Positions 1 to 10,808 are shown, counted from the first letter of the stretch. The stretch: 64,000 nucleotides of DNA from Microcoleus sp. (GCA_042408215.1 JAYFMW010000026.1:1-64000), one strand, 5' to 3'. A program made the numbers and translations. The notes: a model not told the origin generated them from the sequence alone.

Positions 1-120
1 TATATATATGGCGGCACGGATTCCCATGATTTAATGATATGTCAAGGGCGCGAAAATGTCAAGCAAAATTGTAATTCGATCGCCCAAAATTTTTGCTATA
101 ATTCGATAAGTCGATCGCAC

Positions 121-1875
121 TTATTGTTTAACTTTCACATCTGGGCCGCCCGGTGTTTGTTTTCCAGTCCGAAAAACCACGACTCCATTCTCAATAGCCA
201 CTAAATCTATTTTCAGCGGGCCCGCAATGTATGTGACATCAGTGGCGATCGCCTGAACCTCCAGGGCTTTATCATATTGTTGCAGGCGATCGACAAAACC
301 AGCCAAAGTTTCAATCCGATTATCCGCCACTTGGACTCTACCGCCCACAACGCCAATCAAACGAGCGCGAAACTGACAAGCTTCAATTAATTGCTGCAAC
401 TGCTGTCTTACCTGTTCATCTGTCGAGGTAACAGGATCGACAGAAATCCCTACAATCACATCTCCAGCCCGGAATACCACTCGATTGATTTCGGCTTCTG
501 CAAATACTTTGATTCGCTTTTCTTCCCGCAGGTAATTAGCGCCGGCGACTATTCTGACTACATAATCTTGACCGTCTTTAATCTGATTAATTAGTTGCTC
601 AATTTCAGCATTAGTAATTTGAACTATCTGCTCTTTAACCTTTGTATTTCCAGGCTGCATCAGTCCAACAGTGGTTTTATTTGCTTCTTGCAATAGTCGA
701 TCGATGGCGCGACTTGCTAAGGCGGGATCGACGATGCGAACAACTCCAGCCGCTAAAATTTGACCGCGCCTGATGGCCACAGTCCCCTCGCGAATTGCCT
801 GAAAATCTCGTTCCAAAACTTGCACTTGCTGTTGTAATATAGCTTGTTGTTGTTCGAGTTTTGTTTGTTGCTCTGCTAAGGTTTGCAAAAGTGCTTCTCT
901 CTCAGCAATCACTTTGTCTCGATCGACTATAGCTCGATCGCGATCGGCAAGATTTTGTACTCGCTGAGCAATTTCCTTGTCCCGCTGAGCAATTAATTCG
1001 TTGCGCGAAACAATTTCCTTGTCCCGCTTGGCAATTTCCTTGTCCCGCTTGGCAATTTCTCCCTCTCGCTTAGTAATTTCTGCGTCTCGCTTAGCAATTT
1101 CTCCGTCTCGCTGAGCAATTTCTGCGTCTCGTTGAGCAATTTGAGTTTTTACCTGCTCTCGTTGCTCGATTAACTGTTGGCGCTCCCCTTGTAGTTGGGA
1201 AATTTCCGAGCTCAGACTCGTTTTTTGAGCAGAAACGGTGTTCAATTGACTCTCAGTGCGATCGAGCTGAGATTTTGTAGTCGCCCGCGCCGTTTCCACC
1301 ATCTTCAATTGTGATTCCGTCCGAGATTTAGCCGCTTCCACACTGAGTAATTGTTCCTCAGTCTGGGATTTAGCCGCTTCCACCTCACTTAATTGCTTTT
1401 CAGTTTTAGACTTAGCGGCTTCCACGCTATTAAGTTGGGTTCGCAGCGAGTTTAATTTTGCTTGCGTCTTAGCTTGTTCCGCATTAGCTGCCTGCAACGA
1501 ACGATTAATCTCCTCTAAATTGCCTCTAGCTTGCGCTTGAGCAGCCCTAGCTTGACCTAATTCAGTTTCAACTCGATTTTTTTCTTGCGTGGTTTGATTG
1601 AGTTCTCTGCGGGCGTTATTGAGTCTTTTTTGAATCTCATCTATTCTAAAAACCCCCGTTCGTAGTGGCTTGCTAGTAGCAAACAGGATGCCAAGAGTTG
1701 TGGCTGACAGAATGCTACCAGCCATCACTGTCACCACAACAGCAGTATCGCGGGGGCGAAGTTTGAACAAGCTTAATCTTGCCTTGCCGACTTTTGTCCC
1801 AAGGCGATCGCTAACAGTAGCGATCACACCCCCTAAAACTAAAATTACAAATACTAGGATGTATCCAGCAGTCAT
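121..1875 (-). CDS. DUF3084-type coiled-coil membrane protein
   Basis: Two N-terminal TM segments (ILVFVILVLGGVIATVSDRLGTKVGK...LRPRDTAVVVT), long coiled coil with AQRDAEI/AKRDKEI heptads; typical position downstream of ntcA. Confidence 0.8.
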   Translation of the reverse strand: MTAGYILVFVILVLGGVIATVSDRLGTKVGKARLSLFKLRPRDTAVVVTVMAGSILSATTLGILFATSKPLRTGVFRIDEIQKRLNNARRELNQTTQEKNRVETELGQARAAQAQARGNLEEINRSLQAANAEQAKTQAKLNSLRTQLNSVEAAKSKTEKQLSEVEAAKSQTEEQLLSVEAAKSRTESQLKMVETARATTKSQLDRTESQLNTVSAQKTSLSSEISQLQGERQQLIEQREQVKTQIAQRDAEIAQRDGEIAKRDAEITKREGEIAKRDKEIAKRDKEIVSRNELIAQRDKEIAQRVQNLADRDRAIVDRDKVIAEREALLQTLAEQQTKLEQQQAILQQQVQVLERDFQAIREGTVAIRRGQILAAGVVRIVDPALASRAIDRLLQEANKTTVGLMQPGNTKVKEQIVQITNAEIEQLINQIKDGQDYVVRIVAGANYLREEKRIKVFAEAEINRVVFRAGDVIVGISVDPVTSTDEQVRQQLQQLIEACQFRARLIGVVGGRVQVADNRIETLAGFVDRLQQYDKALEVQAIATDVTYIAGPLKIDLVAIENGVVVFRTGKQTPGGPDVKVKQ

Positions 1876-1952
1876 TCCGATTTTGGATTATGGATTTGGG
1901 ATTTTGGATTGAATCTAAAATCCCAAATCCATAATCCTATACTTTCTCGGCG

Positions 1953-2642
1953 TCAAGTGAATTGCTGGCCTAAAGCCACCGGGTTATGGACTGTGATCTT
2001 TTTCTTGTGGATCGAGATCATTTTTTCTTGTCTGAGATCCCCCAGCAAACGAGTCACCGTTACCCGCGTTGAGCCGATCGCCTCTGCGATCGCCTGATGG
2101 GACAGCTTCAAATCAATCGTAATCCCCTCAGTACCAGGGATACCAAAATCCCGGCACAGAATCAGCAAAAAGCTGACCAGTCTCGATCCCATATCTCGAT
2201 GGGCCAGGGTTTCGATCATCATCTCAGTTTGCAAAATCCGAGATGAAAGTCCCCGCAGCATCACTATTGACAGTTCAGGGTCTTCCTTAAGGGCTTTCTC
2301 GACTTGTTCGATCGGCAGTGAGATTAATTCCACCGGCGTAAAGGCTACCGCGTGGTAAAACCTGTCGGAGCGGTGTCCCGTAATCAGAGACAGCACCCCA
2401 AATACGCTGTTTTCGCGCAGGAGGGCGACTGTAATTTCTTCTCCTGCTTCATACACCCTGGAGAGCTTCACAGCACCTTTAATGAGAACGTAGACGCGCT
2501 CAGCCGGGTCTCCAGGAAAAAAAATTGTCTTACCCCGTTCAAAGCTTTCCACAATGGGTGGAAACGCCCCGCCGCTGATTTGGCGGAACACGGCTGCTAG
2601 CGGTCTATCATGGGTCACGACCTGATCCTTTGTACTAATCAA
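1953..2642 (-). CDS. ntcA: Global nitrogen regulator NtcA (CRP family)
   Basis: [14 protein letters not shown]...[10 protein letters not shown]...[25 protein letters not shown]; divergent from fabI; exact start (TTG or nearby GTG) uncertain. Confidence 0.97.
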   Translation of the reverse strand: MISTKDQVVTHDRPLAAVFRQISGGAFPPIVESFERGKTIFFPGDPAERVYVLIKGAVKLSRVYEAGEEITVALLRENSVFGVLSLITGHRSDRFYHAVAFTPVELISLPIEQVEKALKEDPELSIVMLRGLSSRILQTEMMIETLAHRDMGSRLVSFLLILCRDFGIPGTEGITIDLKLSHQAIAEAIGSTRVTVTRLLGDLRQEKMISIHKKKITVHNPVALGQQFT

Positions 2643-2816
2643 TGCTCTGTAAGTTGAAAATTAACATTATTCAGTAAATATACTTCCCAACCTCCTGTAT
2701 CCAGGGATTCAGTTACTTCCATTCAATGTTAAGGTAAGCACGCACTGTATGATTAAATCTAGCCCTTCTCTTAACTTTCTCAATGCCGCCCCCTTGTAGC
2801 TCCACAGCCAAATTAA

Positions 2817-2860
2817 TCTCAATTGTGTCTCAATTGTGTCTCAATTGTGTCTCAATTGTG
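2817..2860 (+). repeat. Tandem 11-mer (TCTCAATTGTG)x4 in the ntcA-fabI intergenic region
   Basis: Read directly; followed by two TCTGAATCAGTT copies. Confidence 0.85.
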
Positions 2861-2959
2861 TCTGAATCAGTTAAATCTGAATCAGTTGTGTCTAAACAGG
2901 CGGGGTTGTCCTGTATAGCGAATGAGAACGGTGCAAGTTGCTTCTAGAATAAACTACCG

Positions 2960-3736
2960 ATGATAGATTTGACCGGAAAAAATGCTCTTGTTACGGGCAT
3001 TGCTAACAATCGCTCGATCGCCTGGGGCATCGCTCAGCAGCTCCACAAAGCAGGAGCCAACCTCGGCATCACATATTTGAAGGACGAGAAAGGCAAGCAC
3101 GAGCGCAAAGTCGCTGAACTCGTGGAACCACTCAATCCCAGTCTGTATTTGCCCTGCAATGTCCAAAATGAGAGCGAAATTGAGTCTACTTTTGAGACGA
3201 TCGCCCAAAAGTGGGGCAAATTAGATATTCTGGTTCACTGTTTAGCCTTTGCCGGCAAGGACGAACTGTCAGGAGACTTCAGCAACACTTCGCGGCAAGG
3301 TTTCTCTAATGCTTTGGATATTAGCGCTTATTCCCTAGTACGGCTTTGTGCGGCGGCTAAACCGCTGATGGCCCAAGGCGGCAGTATTGTCACTTTGACT
3401 TATCTGGGCGGTGTCCGAGTAATTCCTAATTATAATGTGATGGGAATTGCGAAGGCAGCATTGGAAATGAATGTTCGCTATCTGGCGGCGGAACTCGGCC
3501 CGTTAAATATTCGGGTAAATGCGATTTCTTCAGGCCCGATTCGGACTTTAGCTTCCTCAGCAGTTGGCGGAATTCTGGACATGATTCACCACGTTGAGGA
3601 AGTCGCCCCCCTACGGCGCACGGTGACTCAACAGGAAGTAGGAAATGCTGCGGCTTTTCTGTGCAGCAATCTGGCTAGCGGGATTACCGGTCAGATTTTG
3701 TATGTGGATTCTGGTTACGAAATCATGGGAATGTAA
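2960..3736 (+). CDS. fabI: Enoyl-ACP reductase FabI
   Basis: GIANNRSIAWGIA, YNVMGIAKAALE, RVNAISSGPIRTLAS motifs. Confidence 0.97.
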   Translation: MIDLTGKNALVTGIANNRSIAWGIAQQLHKAGANLGITYLKDEKGKHERKVAELVEPLNPSLYLPCNVQNESEIESTFETIAQKWGKLDILVHCLAFAGKDELSGDFSNTSRQGFSNALDISAYSLVRLCAAAKPLMAQGGSIVTLTYLGGVRVIPNYNVMGIAKAALEMNVRYLAAELGPLNIRVNAISSGPIRTLASSAVGGILDMIHHVEEVAPLRRTVTQQEVGNAAAFLCSNLASGITGQILYVDSGYEIMGM

Positions 3737-3737
3737 C

Positions 3738-3864
3738 ACTGAGATCTTGCACCATTGTCAGCAACAGGCTTTCCGGCCTGTTCCACAAAGACTCTATTTT
3801 CTTGTAGAACAGGCCGGAAAGCCTGTTCATAAAAGGCTAATTGAGAATGGTGCAACATCTCAGT
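3738..3864. mobile_element. MITE-like element with ~19-bp TIR
   Basis: ACTGAGATCTTGCACCATT ... AATGGTGCAACATCTCAGT (1 mismatch); internal AACAGGC..GCCTGTT hairpins; related copy at 56336-56451. Confidence 0.7.
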
Positions 3865-3909
3865 TAAAATAAACCCGCCCCCACCGACGAACTAGCTATC
3901 AATTATTTA

Positions 3910-4569
3910 ATGAATGACCAATTGCGACTTATGGAAACAATCGATCGCCCTTCTCTTCCTCCTGTAAATTCAGTTAACCAGCCCAGGGCCGCCTCCGTGA
4001 AGCGCACAACACTGGAAACCGATGTCAATGTTAGCCTCAATCTCGACGGTTCGGGAACTTGCAAAGCGGCGACGGGAATTCCCTTTTTAGACCATATGTT
4101 GCATCAGATTGCTTCCCACGGATTGATCGATTTGGACGTCCAGGCGATCGGCGATTTAGCCATTGACGATCACCACACCAACGAAGATGTGGGAATTACC
4201 TTAGGACAAACCCTAGCAAAAGCGATCGGAGATCGATCGGGAATTTCTCGTTTCGGCCATTTCATCGCCCCCCTCGATGAAGCTTTAGTTGAAGTAGTGC
4301 TAGATTTTTCGGGAAGGCCTCACTTAAGTTACAATTTGCAGATTCCCAATCAGCGGATTGGTAATTACGATAGCGAGTTAGTCAAAGAGTTTTTTTCGGC
4401 GGTGGTGAACCACTGTCAAATGACACTTCACATTCGACAGTTGCAGGGCGGAAATTCCCATCACATTGTAGAAGCTGCGTTTAAAGCCTTTGCGCGGGCT
4501 TTGCGGATGGCCGTAGAAATCGATCCACGGCGCGCCAGCCGGATTCCGAGTTCTAAAGGGGTTTTGTAG
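3910..4569 (+). CDS. hisB: Imidazoleglycerol-phosphate dehydratase
   Basis: [47 protein letters not shown]. Confidence 0.97.
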   Translation: MNDQLRLMETIDRPSLPPVNSVNQPRAASVKRTTLETDVNVSLNLDGSGTCKAATGIPFLDHMLHQIASHGLIDLDVQAIGDLAIDDHHTNEDVGITLGQTLAKAIGDRSGISRFGHFIAPLDEALVEVVLDFSGRPHLSYNLQIPNQRIGNYDSELVKEFFSAVVNHCQMTLHIRQLQGGNSHHIVEAAFKAFARALRMAVEIDPRRASRIPSSKGVL

Positions 4570-4841
4570 TTTGGGGTTTGTAGTAGCGCTTCTGGGCTAC
4601 TGCAAACCTGGAAATCAAAATAAGGATATTAATAACACCATTTCCCATCAGCGTTCATCAGCGTTCATCTGCGGTTAACAAAAAGAGCGATCGCCCAAAA
4701 TCAAATATTACCAACCTCCACCAACTCAACATCACTAACAGAACCTTCTTCTTCCCCTTTCTCCTCTTGAGTAACAGCAACTGTTAACTTCAATCCCAAA
4801 GCATTCAGCCAATTTGCCAAAGCATAAACAATTCGATTTGA

Positions 4842-4904
4842 GTAAGGTGCGTCAGACCGGAAAACCTCGATAATCGTTATAGAACTTCATCTGACGCACC
4901 CTAC
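4842..4904. repeat. REP-like palindrome GTAAGGTGCGTCAGA...TCTGACGCACCCTAC
   Basis: Inverted arms between convergent genes; similar copy at ~56462-56525. Confidence 0.65.
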
Positions 4905-4942
4905 AATTCGATTTGAGTGTGACACGCTTGCTTGATTCCTGT

Positions 4943-7900
4943 CTATCCAAACTTCGTCAAGAATCGGAAAGCATCCAGTACGTGACTCGCGCAAACGTAG
5001 GGCGAAGTGTTGTAAAATGCTTGCCAAGCCGCCGCTTTGTCTTCGTCGTACTTATCGGCTCTTTCCGGGTGTTCTCCTTGCCAATTCAGGCGCACCGCGT
5101 GACCGACTAACACATCTAAGACGATGTATTCTTCGATTTGCAGTCCAGGGTTGCGTTGGGCGATCGCAGATAACTCCATCAGCGCCTCAATATTGACTTG
5201 TCGGTATTCGGGCGCGACAATTTTATTCAGCAAATGCTCAATTTGTAGCGCGAAATTCTTTTCCCCAGGCGTCATCTCTGATAAAATTATATCACTGTCC
5301 AACCGATTGCGCCGCTCTAATTTGTCGCCAATTATCAAGCCTTTGCAGTGCCGCAGCAGTCCCCAAACATTCGGATAGAAATCCTTGGGTACGCGATTAA
5401 CTGCGCCTTCCATTTGCCGCTTTCTGCGCCATCCTCCCCCAGGCATTTTTGGTTCTTCAAAAACGGGTGCGACTACCCATTCTATCTCTTTTTCCGATTG
5501 TTTGACGCGCAGGGATTCTTGCTGTTTGAGGATTTGATTCATTTCCTCGTATTCTGTCAAAACTTGACCCAGGCGATTTTGGATTTCAAAGGGACTTAAC
5601 TGCATTAAATGTTCGTAAGCTTCATTCTGCGTAACTCCCAATTCGCGGGCCAATTCGCTAGTTAACAGCAGAATAAAATAGCTAACTCTCAGCGTCAGTA
5701 ATCCTTTAAATAACTGCGGTTCAGCTTTAATTAGCAAGCCGAGGTAGATCAGAATTTCTTGGGTGAGAACTCGATCGCGAATATCTTCTCCGCAGAATTG
5801 GCGAATTTTGTCCATCACTTCGGTGTAGGAACCGGGGCGCGAAATCACCGAATCTTCGCTGTAAGCTTTTCCCACAGCAATCTGCTTTTGTCGCACCAAA
5901 ATATCCGTGACTGCATCCGACAAGCTAATATCAACTTTATCCAGCAAACCGGCGGCGTGGCGGATTACAGCCCACTGGATTTTAGATTGCGAACCTTCTC
6001 CAGCTTTAGTATAAACTTCGTTGAGCAAATCCGCCACTTTAACTGTTTCTCCCCAAGCTCCAAATCCCGTATCAAAATTTATTCCCTTGAGACGAACTAG
6101 CGTGTGGAGCAACTCAATTTGTTCGTACAAATTTTCGGAACCCCGCAGGCTGTTGAGCAATAATTCAGTATTAGTTTCACACTCCAGTTTAAATTCTTGG
6201 GTGTGACCCAAAGGCAAAGTTTTCTCATGGTTATAAGTCAGATATTTCCGCACTTCAACAGCACCTGTTACCGGAGATTCGGTGAATTCAAAATCGTGCA
6301 GAAAATCAATTTTTTCTGTCCCAGCAGTCAGCATTAACTGGTTGAGATTTCCGAGTTTGATTGGCGTATTATTGCAGTGTCCGTCGCGGAGTTCCTTCAT
6401 CAATTCTAACAAAGCTTCCCGGCCAGTTTCCAGCATGGTGTGAGTCAGCATCAGCGTGACTGTAGGTCGTCCCAACTGATACCAGTGGCGGTGAATGTGA
6501 GCTAGTTCACTTTTGATTTTAGCTACGAGAAAATGGTAATCTAGAGTTAGGTAAAACTCTTGTCTGTCTAAGAATGAGGGGAGAAAGACGATCGCCTCTC
6601 CGCGAATTTTAAACACTCTTGAAGTTGTTAAACTCCTCAGCCTACGGACGGGCCTGCCGGTTAAACCTAATTGGTCGTTGCGTCCAATTTGCGCGTACAC
6701 AGCCGATAATTCTTTGGTTTGGCGAACTTGAATTGGTTCTACTTGTTTTGGTGTTTGGGCGGCCATTCCGTTAGCGGCTAATTCTGCTTGCAAATCTTCG
6801 TCTTCAGCTAACAGCGCAATTTGCACGCTTGGTTCTCTGTGCCGGCCGACACAGAGGTGTCGTCCCAGGGGATCGATATCGCCAATTGCGATTAATCCTT
6901 CGTTCAGCAATTGACAGAGAAAATACAAGCTTTGCGCCCAAACTAGGGGAATATTTTCATTGGGTAAGCGCTGTTGGCTGCGGGAATTTAACTTTTCGGC
7001 TTCTATTTTTTCCGCTGGTACGTAATACAATTCTGGTAGCAGTTGCAAACCATTTCGCTCGACTGCGAGAGCTTCTAAACGCTGCTGGTAATCTTGTACT
7101 TGTGACTGATTTCCCTGAAATATGCCGTCTAATAGTAAATAGGTGAAAAACAGCGGCCACTCGCATTCAATATGCTCGAACTGCTTCAATTCTGTGGGTT
7201 CGTAGTGCAGGCGATCTGCATTTTCTAACACTGTTTGATGCCCGTCCCGCAGAAACCGCTTGCAGCCGTAGTTTCCTTGCAATTTGTCAATAATTTTATT
7301 TCTCGTCCGTTCAACTAATTCTTGGTCTTCAACCGCAAAACCCGGAAAACTAATCACGCTTAATAAAGCGGCATCTACTTCTTTTGAACTAGATTCGCGA
7401 GGCAAAAGCGATTCTAAAGTTATGCGAGTTCTGGCAATTTCGTCTGGCAAAACGTGAATTACAGAGGCTTGAGAGCCTCTAACTCCGAACAAATCTAATC
7501 CATTGATTGCTTCCAGGGCTGCTTTTGCCATGCCAACCGAACTGGCATTTAATTCTGCATTGCCGCGATTAATTTTATGACCTCTTTCCCAAATTCCGTA
7601 ATCGGGCGTGCGGTAGGCTCTACCAATATAGTAAACTAAATTTTGCACGAAATTGACTTCATCAATTGTAAAAATGATGTGCAGCCCCGAAGCCGTCATT
7701 TGAGCTAGAATTAACAGAAATATAGATGTAGCGTCTAACTGCAAGTGTCCCCACTTGTCATCGCCGACAACAATACTTCCCGTCTGGGTGTTGTATTTGG
7801 CGTGTAAGGCATCTAAGGGCGATTGAGTATTTTTGAAACTTTCTACTTTGTTGGCTTGCTGCATCATCGCAAACATCAAGCCGCGCATCAATTTGACTGT

Positions 7901-8152
7901 GCTTTGTTCGAGCTCAAAGGTGCGGCCCCGATCGCCGTCAATTTTACGGTAAGCTAAACCCAAACCCCAAACTGCGAGAATGCTGTAAACGTTATCCCGC
8001 ACCCAAGCATCGGTGTAGTCGCCGTGAGCGTTAACGGCTGTACTCGCCGGCAGCAAACCCGTAATTGGGTTCTGACGCTTGAGAATGACGCTTTTGATTT
8101 GCTGGTAGTAATAATCTAACCTGATTTGTCGCTGAGTTGCTGCGATCGCCAT
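4943..8152 (-). CDS. GH15-like / phosphorylase kinase alpha-beta-like protein
   Basis: DAWVRDNVYSI, WGHLQLDATS, PDYGIWERG, ELNASSVGMAKAALEA, IECEWPLF; C-terminal MTPGEKNFA...PEYRQ. Confidence 0.88.
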   Translation of the reverse strand: MAIAATQRQIRLDYYYQQIKSVILKRQNPITGLLPASTAVNAHGDYTDAWVRDNVYSILAVWGLGLAYRKIDGDRGRTFELEQSTVKLMRGLMFAMMQQANKVESFKNTQSPLDALHAKYNTQTGSIVVGDDKWGHLQLDATSIFLLILAQMTASGLHIIFTIDEVNFVQNLVYYIGRAYRTPDYGIWERGHKINRGNAELNASSVGMAKAALEAINGLDLFGVRGSQASVIHVLPDEIARTRITLESLLPRESSSKEVDAALLSVISFPGFAVEDQELVERTRNKIIDKLQGNYGCKRFLRDGHQTVLENADRLHYEPTELKQFEHIECEWPLFFTYLLLDGIFQGNQSQVQDYQQRLEALAVERNGLQLLPELYYVPAEKIEAEKLNSRSQQRLPNENIPLVWAQSLYFLCQLLNEGLIAIGDIDPLGRHLCVGRHREPSVQIALLAEDEDLQAELAANGMAAQTPKQVEPIQVRQTKELSAVYAQIGRNDQLGLTGRPVRRLRSLTTSRVFKIRGEAIVFLPSFLDRQEFYLTLDYHFLVAKIKSELAHIHRHWYQLGRPTVTLMLTHTMLETGREALLELMKELRDGHCNNTPIKLGNLNQLMLTAGTEKIDFLHDFEFTESPVTGAVEVRKYLTYNHEKTLPLGHTQEFKLECETNTELLLNSLRGSENLYEQIELLHTLVRLKGINFDTGFGAWGETVKVADLLNEVYTKAGEGSQSKIQWAVIRHAAGLLDKVDISLSDAVTDILVRQKQIAVGKAYSEDSVISRPGSYTEVMDKIRQFCGEDIRDRVLTQEILIYLGLLIKAEPQLFKGLLTLRVSYFILLLTSELARELGVTQNEAYEHLMQLSPFEIQNRLGQVLTEYEEMNQILKQQESLRVKQSEKEIEWVVAPVFEEPKMPGGGWRRKRQMEGAVNRVPKDFYPNVWGLLRHCKGLIIGDKLERRNRLDSDIILSEMTPGEKNFALQIEHLLNKIVAPEYRQVNIEALMELSAIAQRNPGLQIEEYIVLDVLVGHAVRLNWQGEHPERADKYDEDKAAAWQAFYNTSPYVCASHVLDAFRFLTKFG

Positions 8153-8363
8153 TTCGTTTTCCTTTTTTTTCCTGATGCTAGATCGGTTGCGGTGAATAGA
8201 CTTTTAAATATATCAGAAATTAGATCGTTCTGTGCAACTCTCGCTTTCTAATCTTTGAGCGCCAGATTGTCACATTTCCTGATTTGTTTGGGGGTTGACA
8301 GTAATGTTGACTCAATCTGATTCCCCCAAAATCTAGGCAGAGCAGAATTCAGATTTGATTAAA

Positions 8364-8377
8364 GTATCAATTTCTAC
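8364..8377. promoter_or_regulatory. Candidate NtcA box GTA-N8-TAC
   Basis: GTATCAATTTCTAC, 21 nt upstream of the small-ORF ATG, overlapping a TAAAGT -10-like hexamer. Confidence 0.55.
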
Positions 8378-8398
8378 AAACACAAGGAGATCGTCGCC

Positions 8399-8533
8399 AT
8401 GTCTTGTCGTAACAACAATAATAACAGTGCTCCTTTCGTAAAAATAGTCTATACTACCGTCAAAGTTAATGGTAAAATTGAGTTAGTACCGATGGAATGG
8501 TACGCCGACGGCTCTGTGAAAAAGTGCGAATAG
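8399..8533 (+). CDS. Small protein, 44 aa (MSCRNNNNNSAPFVKIVYTTVKVNGKIELVPMEWYADGSVKKCE)
   Basis: AAGGAG RBS at 8384-8389, ATG 8399, TAG 8531-8533; below the ORF-track length cutoff. Confidence 0.65.
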   Translation: MSCRNNNNNSAPFVKIVYTTVKVNGKIELVPMEWYADGSVKKCE

Positions 8534-8692
8534 CTGATGAGTTGCCAGCCTGGGCGATCGCCTTGGAAAATTGTTGCATAAGTGCGATCGCCCCTACTTG
8601 AATTTTTGAATGGGCAGAAAAAGCTTAGCATTCAATGCTAATATTAAGCTGATTTAAAGAACTCGGTGTGTAGGAATCTCAAAGAAGGCAAT

Positions 8693-9424
8693 ATGGATCG
8701 ATCGCGCCCGCAATTTTCAGTGCTGGGACTACCAGTCCACATCTTAGATGATTACGCAGGTTGGCTGATCGAGCGCCTGCATCAAGGCTTGGGAAGTCAT
8801 GTGGTGACGTTGAATGCTGAAATGGCGATGCAAGCCGAGCAAAATCCGTCTTTAGCAGGTATAATCCGAGAAGCCGAACTCGTGATTCCCGATGGTTCGG
8901 GAGTGGTGCTATATTTGCGGCTGCGTGGCAAACCGGCACAGCGGTATCCGGGGATAGAATTAGCAGAATCGCTGTTACAAGCAGCCGGAAAATTGCCGAA
9001 TTCTGAACCAATATTTTTCTTTGGAGGTTCCCCCGGAGTTGCGGGCGCTGCGGCAGAAACTTGGCAGCAACGGGTTAAGGGATTGTCGATCGTTTCTCAG
9101 CACGGCTATCTCTCGCCCGATGAAGAAAAAGACTTGGATCAAAGCCTCAAAGAAATGCAGCCAAAACTGATTTTTGTGGGCTTGGGAGTGCCGCGCCAAG
9201 AGTTTTGGATTGCCAAACACCGACACCTTTGTCCTCAGTCTATTTGGGTGGGAGTTGGTGGCAGTTTCGATATTTGGGCGGGTACAAAAACTCGCGCGCC
9301 GGCTTGGTTTTGCGACAATCATTTAGAATGGCTCTATCGGCTTTATCAAGAACCTTGGCGCTGGCGCAGGATGTTAGCTTTGCCACAGTTTGCATTGAAA
9401 GCTTTGGGGAATTTTCGAGGGTAA
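8693..9424 (+). CDS. WecB/TagA/CpsF family glycosyltransferase
   Basis: VVTLNAE, IPDGSGVV, FVGLGVPRQE, GVGGSFD, LEWLYRLYQEPWRWRR; ATG start chosen at 8693. Confidence 0.93.
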   Translation: MDRSRPQFSVLGLPVHILDDYAGWLIERLHQGLGSHVVTLNAEMAMQAEQNPSLAGIIREAELVIPDGSGVVLYLRLRGKPAQRYPGIELAESLLQAAGKLPNSEPIFFFGGSPGVAGAAAETWQQRVKGLSIVSQHGYLSPDEEKDLDQSLKEMQPKLIFVGLGVPRQEFWIAKHRHLCPQSIWVGVGGSFDIWAGTKTRAPAWFCDNHLEWLYRLYQEPWRWRRMLALPQFALKALGNFRG

Positions 9425-9580
9425 ATTAGGCGCAAGCACTACGGGAGATTTAGGGGGATCGAGACTCGACTACAAGGGACACAAATCCTGTTATTTCTTC
9501 AGTTGATAATTTTGTCAGGTTGTCGCGGAAAGTTCGATCGATTGTGTCATCAGAAATGCCCCTGTTGAATTTTGATCCAG

Positions 9581-9738
9581 TCTTACTATATTCTCAAGAA
9601 CAGGCAAGATGCCTGTTCCACAAAAACTGAATTTTCTTGTGGGGCGGGCATCCTGCCCGTCTTACTATATTCTCAAGAACAGGCAAGATGCCTGTTCCAC
9701 AAAAACTGAATTTTCTTGTGGGGCGGGCATCCTGCCCG
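9581..9738 (+). repeat. Tandem duplication (2 x 79 bp) of a REP-like hairpin unit
   Basis: TCTTACTATATTCTCAAGAACAGGCAAGATGCCTGTTCC...GGGCGGGCATCCTGCCCG twice. Confidence 0.85.
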
Positions 9739-9777
9739 CCTCTGAAAGGCTTATTAACAATAATGGAATAACTCCCA

Positions 9778-10176
9778 TCATATAAATACGCTCGGATTAA
9801 CGTTGAAAAATTCTCCCAACGCCTTAGCTTGCGCTTTGCTAATTGCCCGTTTGCCATTAACCACCTCAGAAACTACTCCCTTTGAACCAATCACCCCCAC
9901 CAGATCCGCTTGTTTGAGCTCGCGAACTTCGATGAAATGCAATAGAACATCCCGGGGAGTCACTTCTGGATCTGGGTAATATTTTGATTCGTATTCTTCG
10001 ATCAACAGCCCCCAGAGACTCAGTAAAGTTTCTTCTTCTACTGTTAATTCTTCCTTAGACATCAGAAAATCGACTTCTGCGAGGGCAAGATCATTATCTG
10101 CTTCGTTCAGGATTGGCTTAGGCTGAGATTTAGCCAGCAGTTGACCGTAAGCTGTTTTTTCAATTGTGATGTTCAT
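9778..10176 (-). CDS. higA: HigA-type antitoxin (XRE HTH)
   Basis: LIEEYESKYYP...LKQADLVGVIGSKGVVSEVVNGKRAISKAQAKALGEFF. Confidence 0.88.
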   Translation of the reverse strand: MNITIEKTAYGQLLAKSQPKPILNEADNDLALAEVDFLMSKEELTVEEETLLSLWGLLIEEYESKYYPDPEVTPRDVLLHFIEVRELKQADLVGVIGSKGVVSEVVNGKRAISKAQAKALGEFFNVNPSVFI

Positions 10177-10332
10177 TTCTCATTCCTTTGCTTGCTTACT
10201 TAGACATGGTTCTCAAGTAGAAGGTGGGTGTTTGTTTCTCGGTATCATGATTTTGATGTTGGGAGTAAATGTTTTTAATTGATTGAATACATCAGGGAAT
10301 CTGTAATTTTCCCCCGATATTTTTAGTGGGAG

Positions 10333-10653
10333 TTAACCTATTTTATGTTTAACTTCATCTTCATCATTCCACTTGATTTTGTCATATTCGGTATGAGTTA
10401 AAAAATTTTTAAAATATATAATTTTGGCGGTATAGTTGATTTTTACGATTAATCTATACTGATTGCCTTTAATATTAAATATGGTATATCCACAGACTTG
10501 ATCGACCGATTTGGAATATCCCTGTCGAATCTCTTCTAGTGATTCCCAATCGTTGTCTTTGATGGCCTTGCGCCAGACTGCGATCGCAGCCTTGGCATCG
10601 TCGGAGTAGGATTCGATCGCACTCTCCAGATTTTTCTTGGAAATTAGTCTCAT
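10333..10653 (-). CDS. higB: HigB-type mRNase toxin
   Basis: MRLISKK...IFNIKGNQYRLIVKINY...FLTHTEYDK; toxin-first order upstream of higA. Confidence 0.88.
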   Translation of the reverse strand: MRLISKKNLESAIESYSDDAKAAIAVWRKAIKDNDWESLEEIRQGYSKSVDQVCGYTIFNIKGNQYRLIVKINYTAKIIYFKNFLTHTEYDKIKWNDEDEVKHKIG

Positions 10654-10684
10654 TCCAGTACCGTTTTTTACACGACACCTCTAT

Positions 10685-10711
10685 GTTCTCACAATGAGAA
10701 CCTCCTGTCAA
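10685..10711 (-). promoter_or_regulatory. higBA promoter -35 (TTGACA) with palindromic operator GTTCTCA-N3-TGAGAAC
   Basis: Perfect 7-bp inverted repeat 10685-10701 immediately downstream of minus-strand TTGACA at 10706-10711. Confidence 0.6.
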
Positions 10712-10808
10712 GTCTCTACTTGAATTTTTCCTAAAGAGCCTTTTGCCCTGACGGTGTTACGCTTTACAACCCTGAACAAACAGGGCATACGCGATAGCAA
10801 TACTCTCA

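Noticed and set aside
2697..2716. Autoregulatory NtcA box upstream of ntcA
   Set aside because: Only GTA-N8-TTC or GTA-N14-TAC found; not a canonical match
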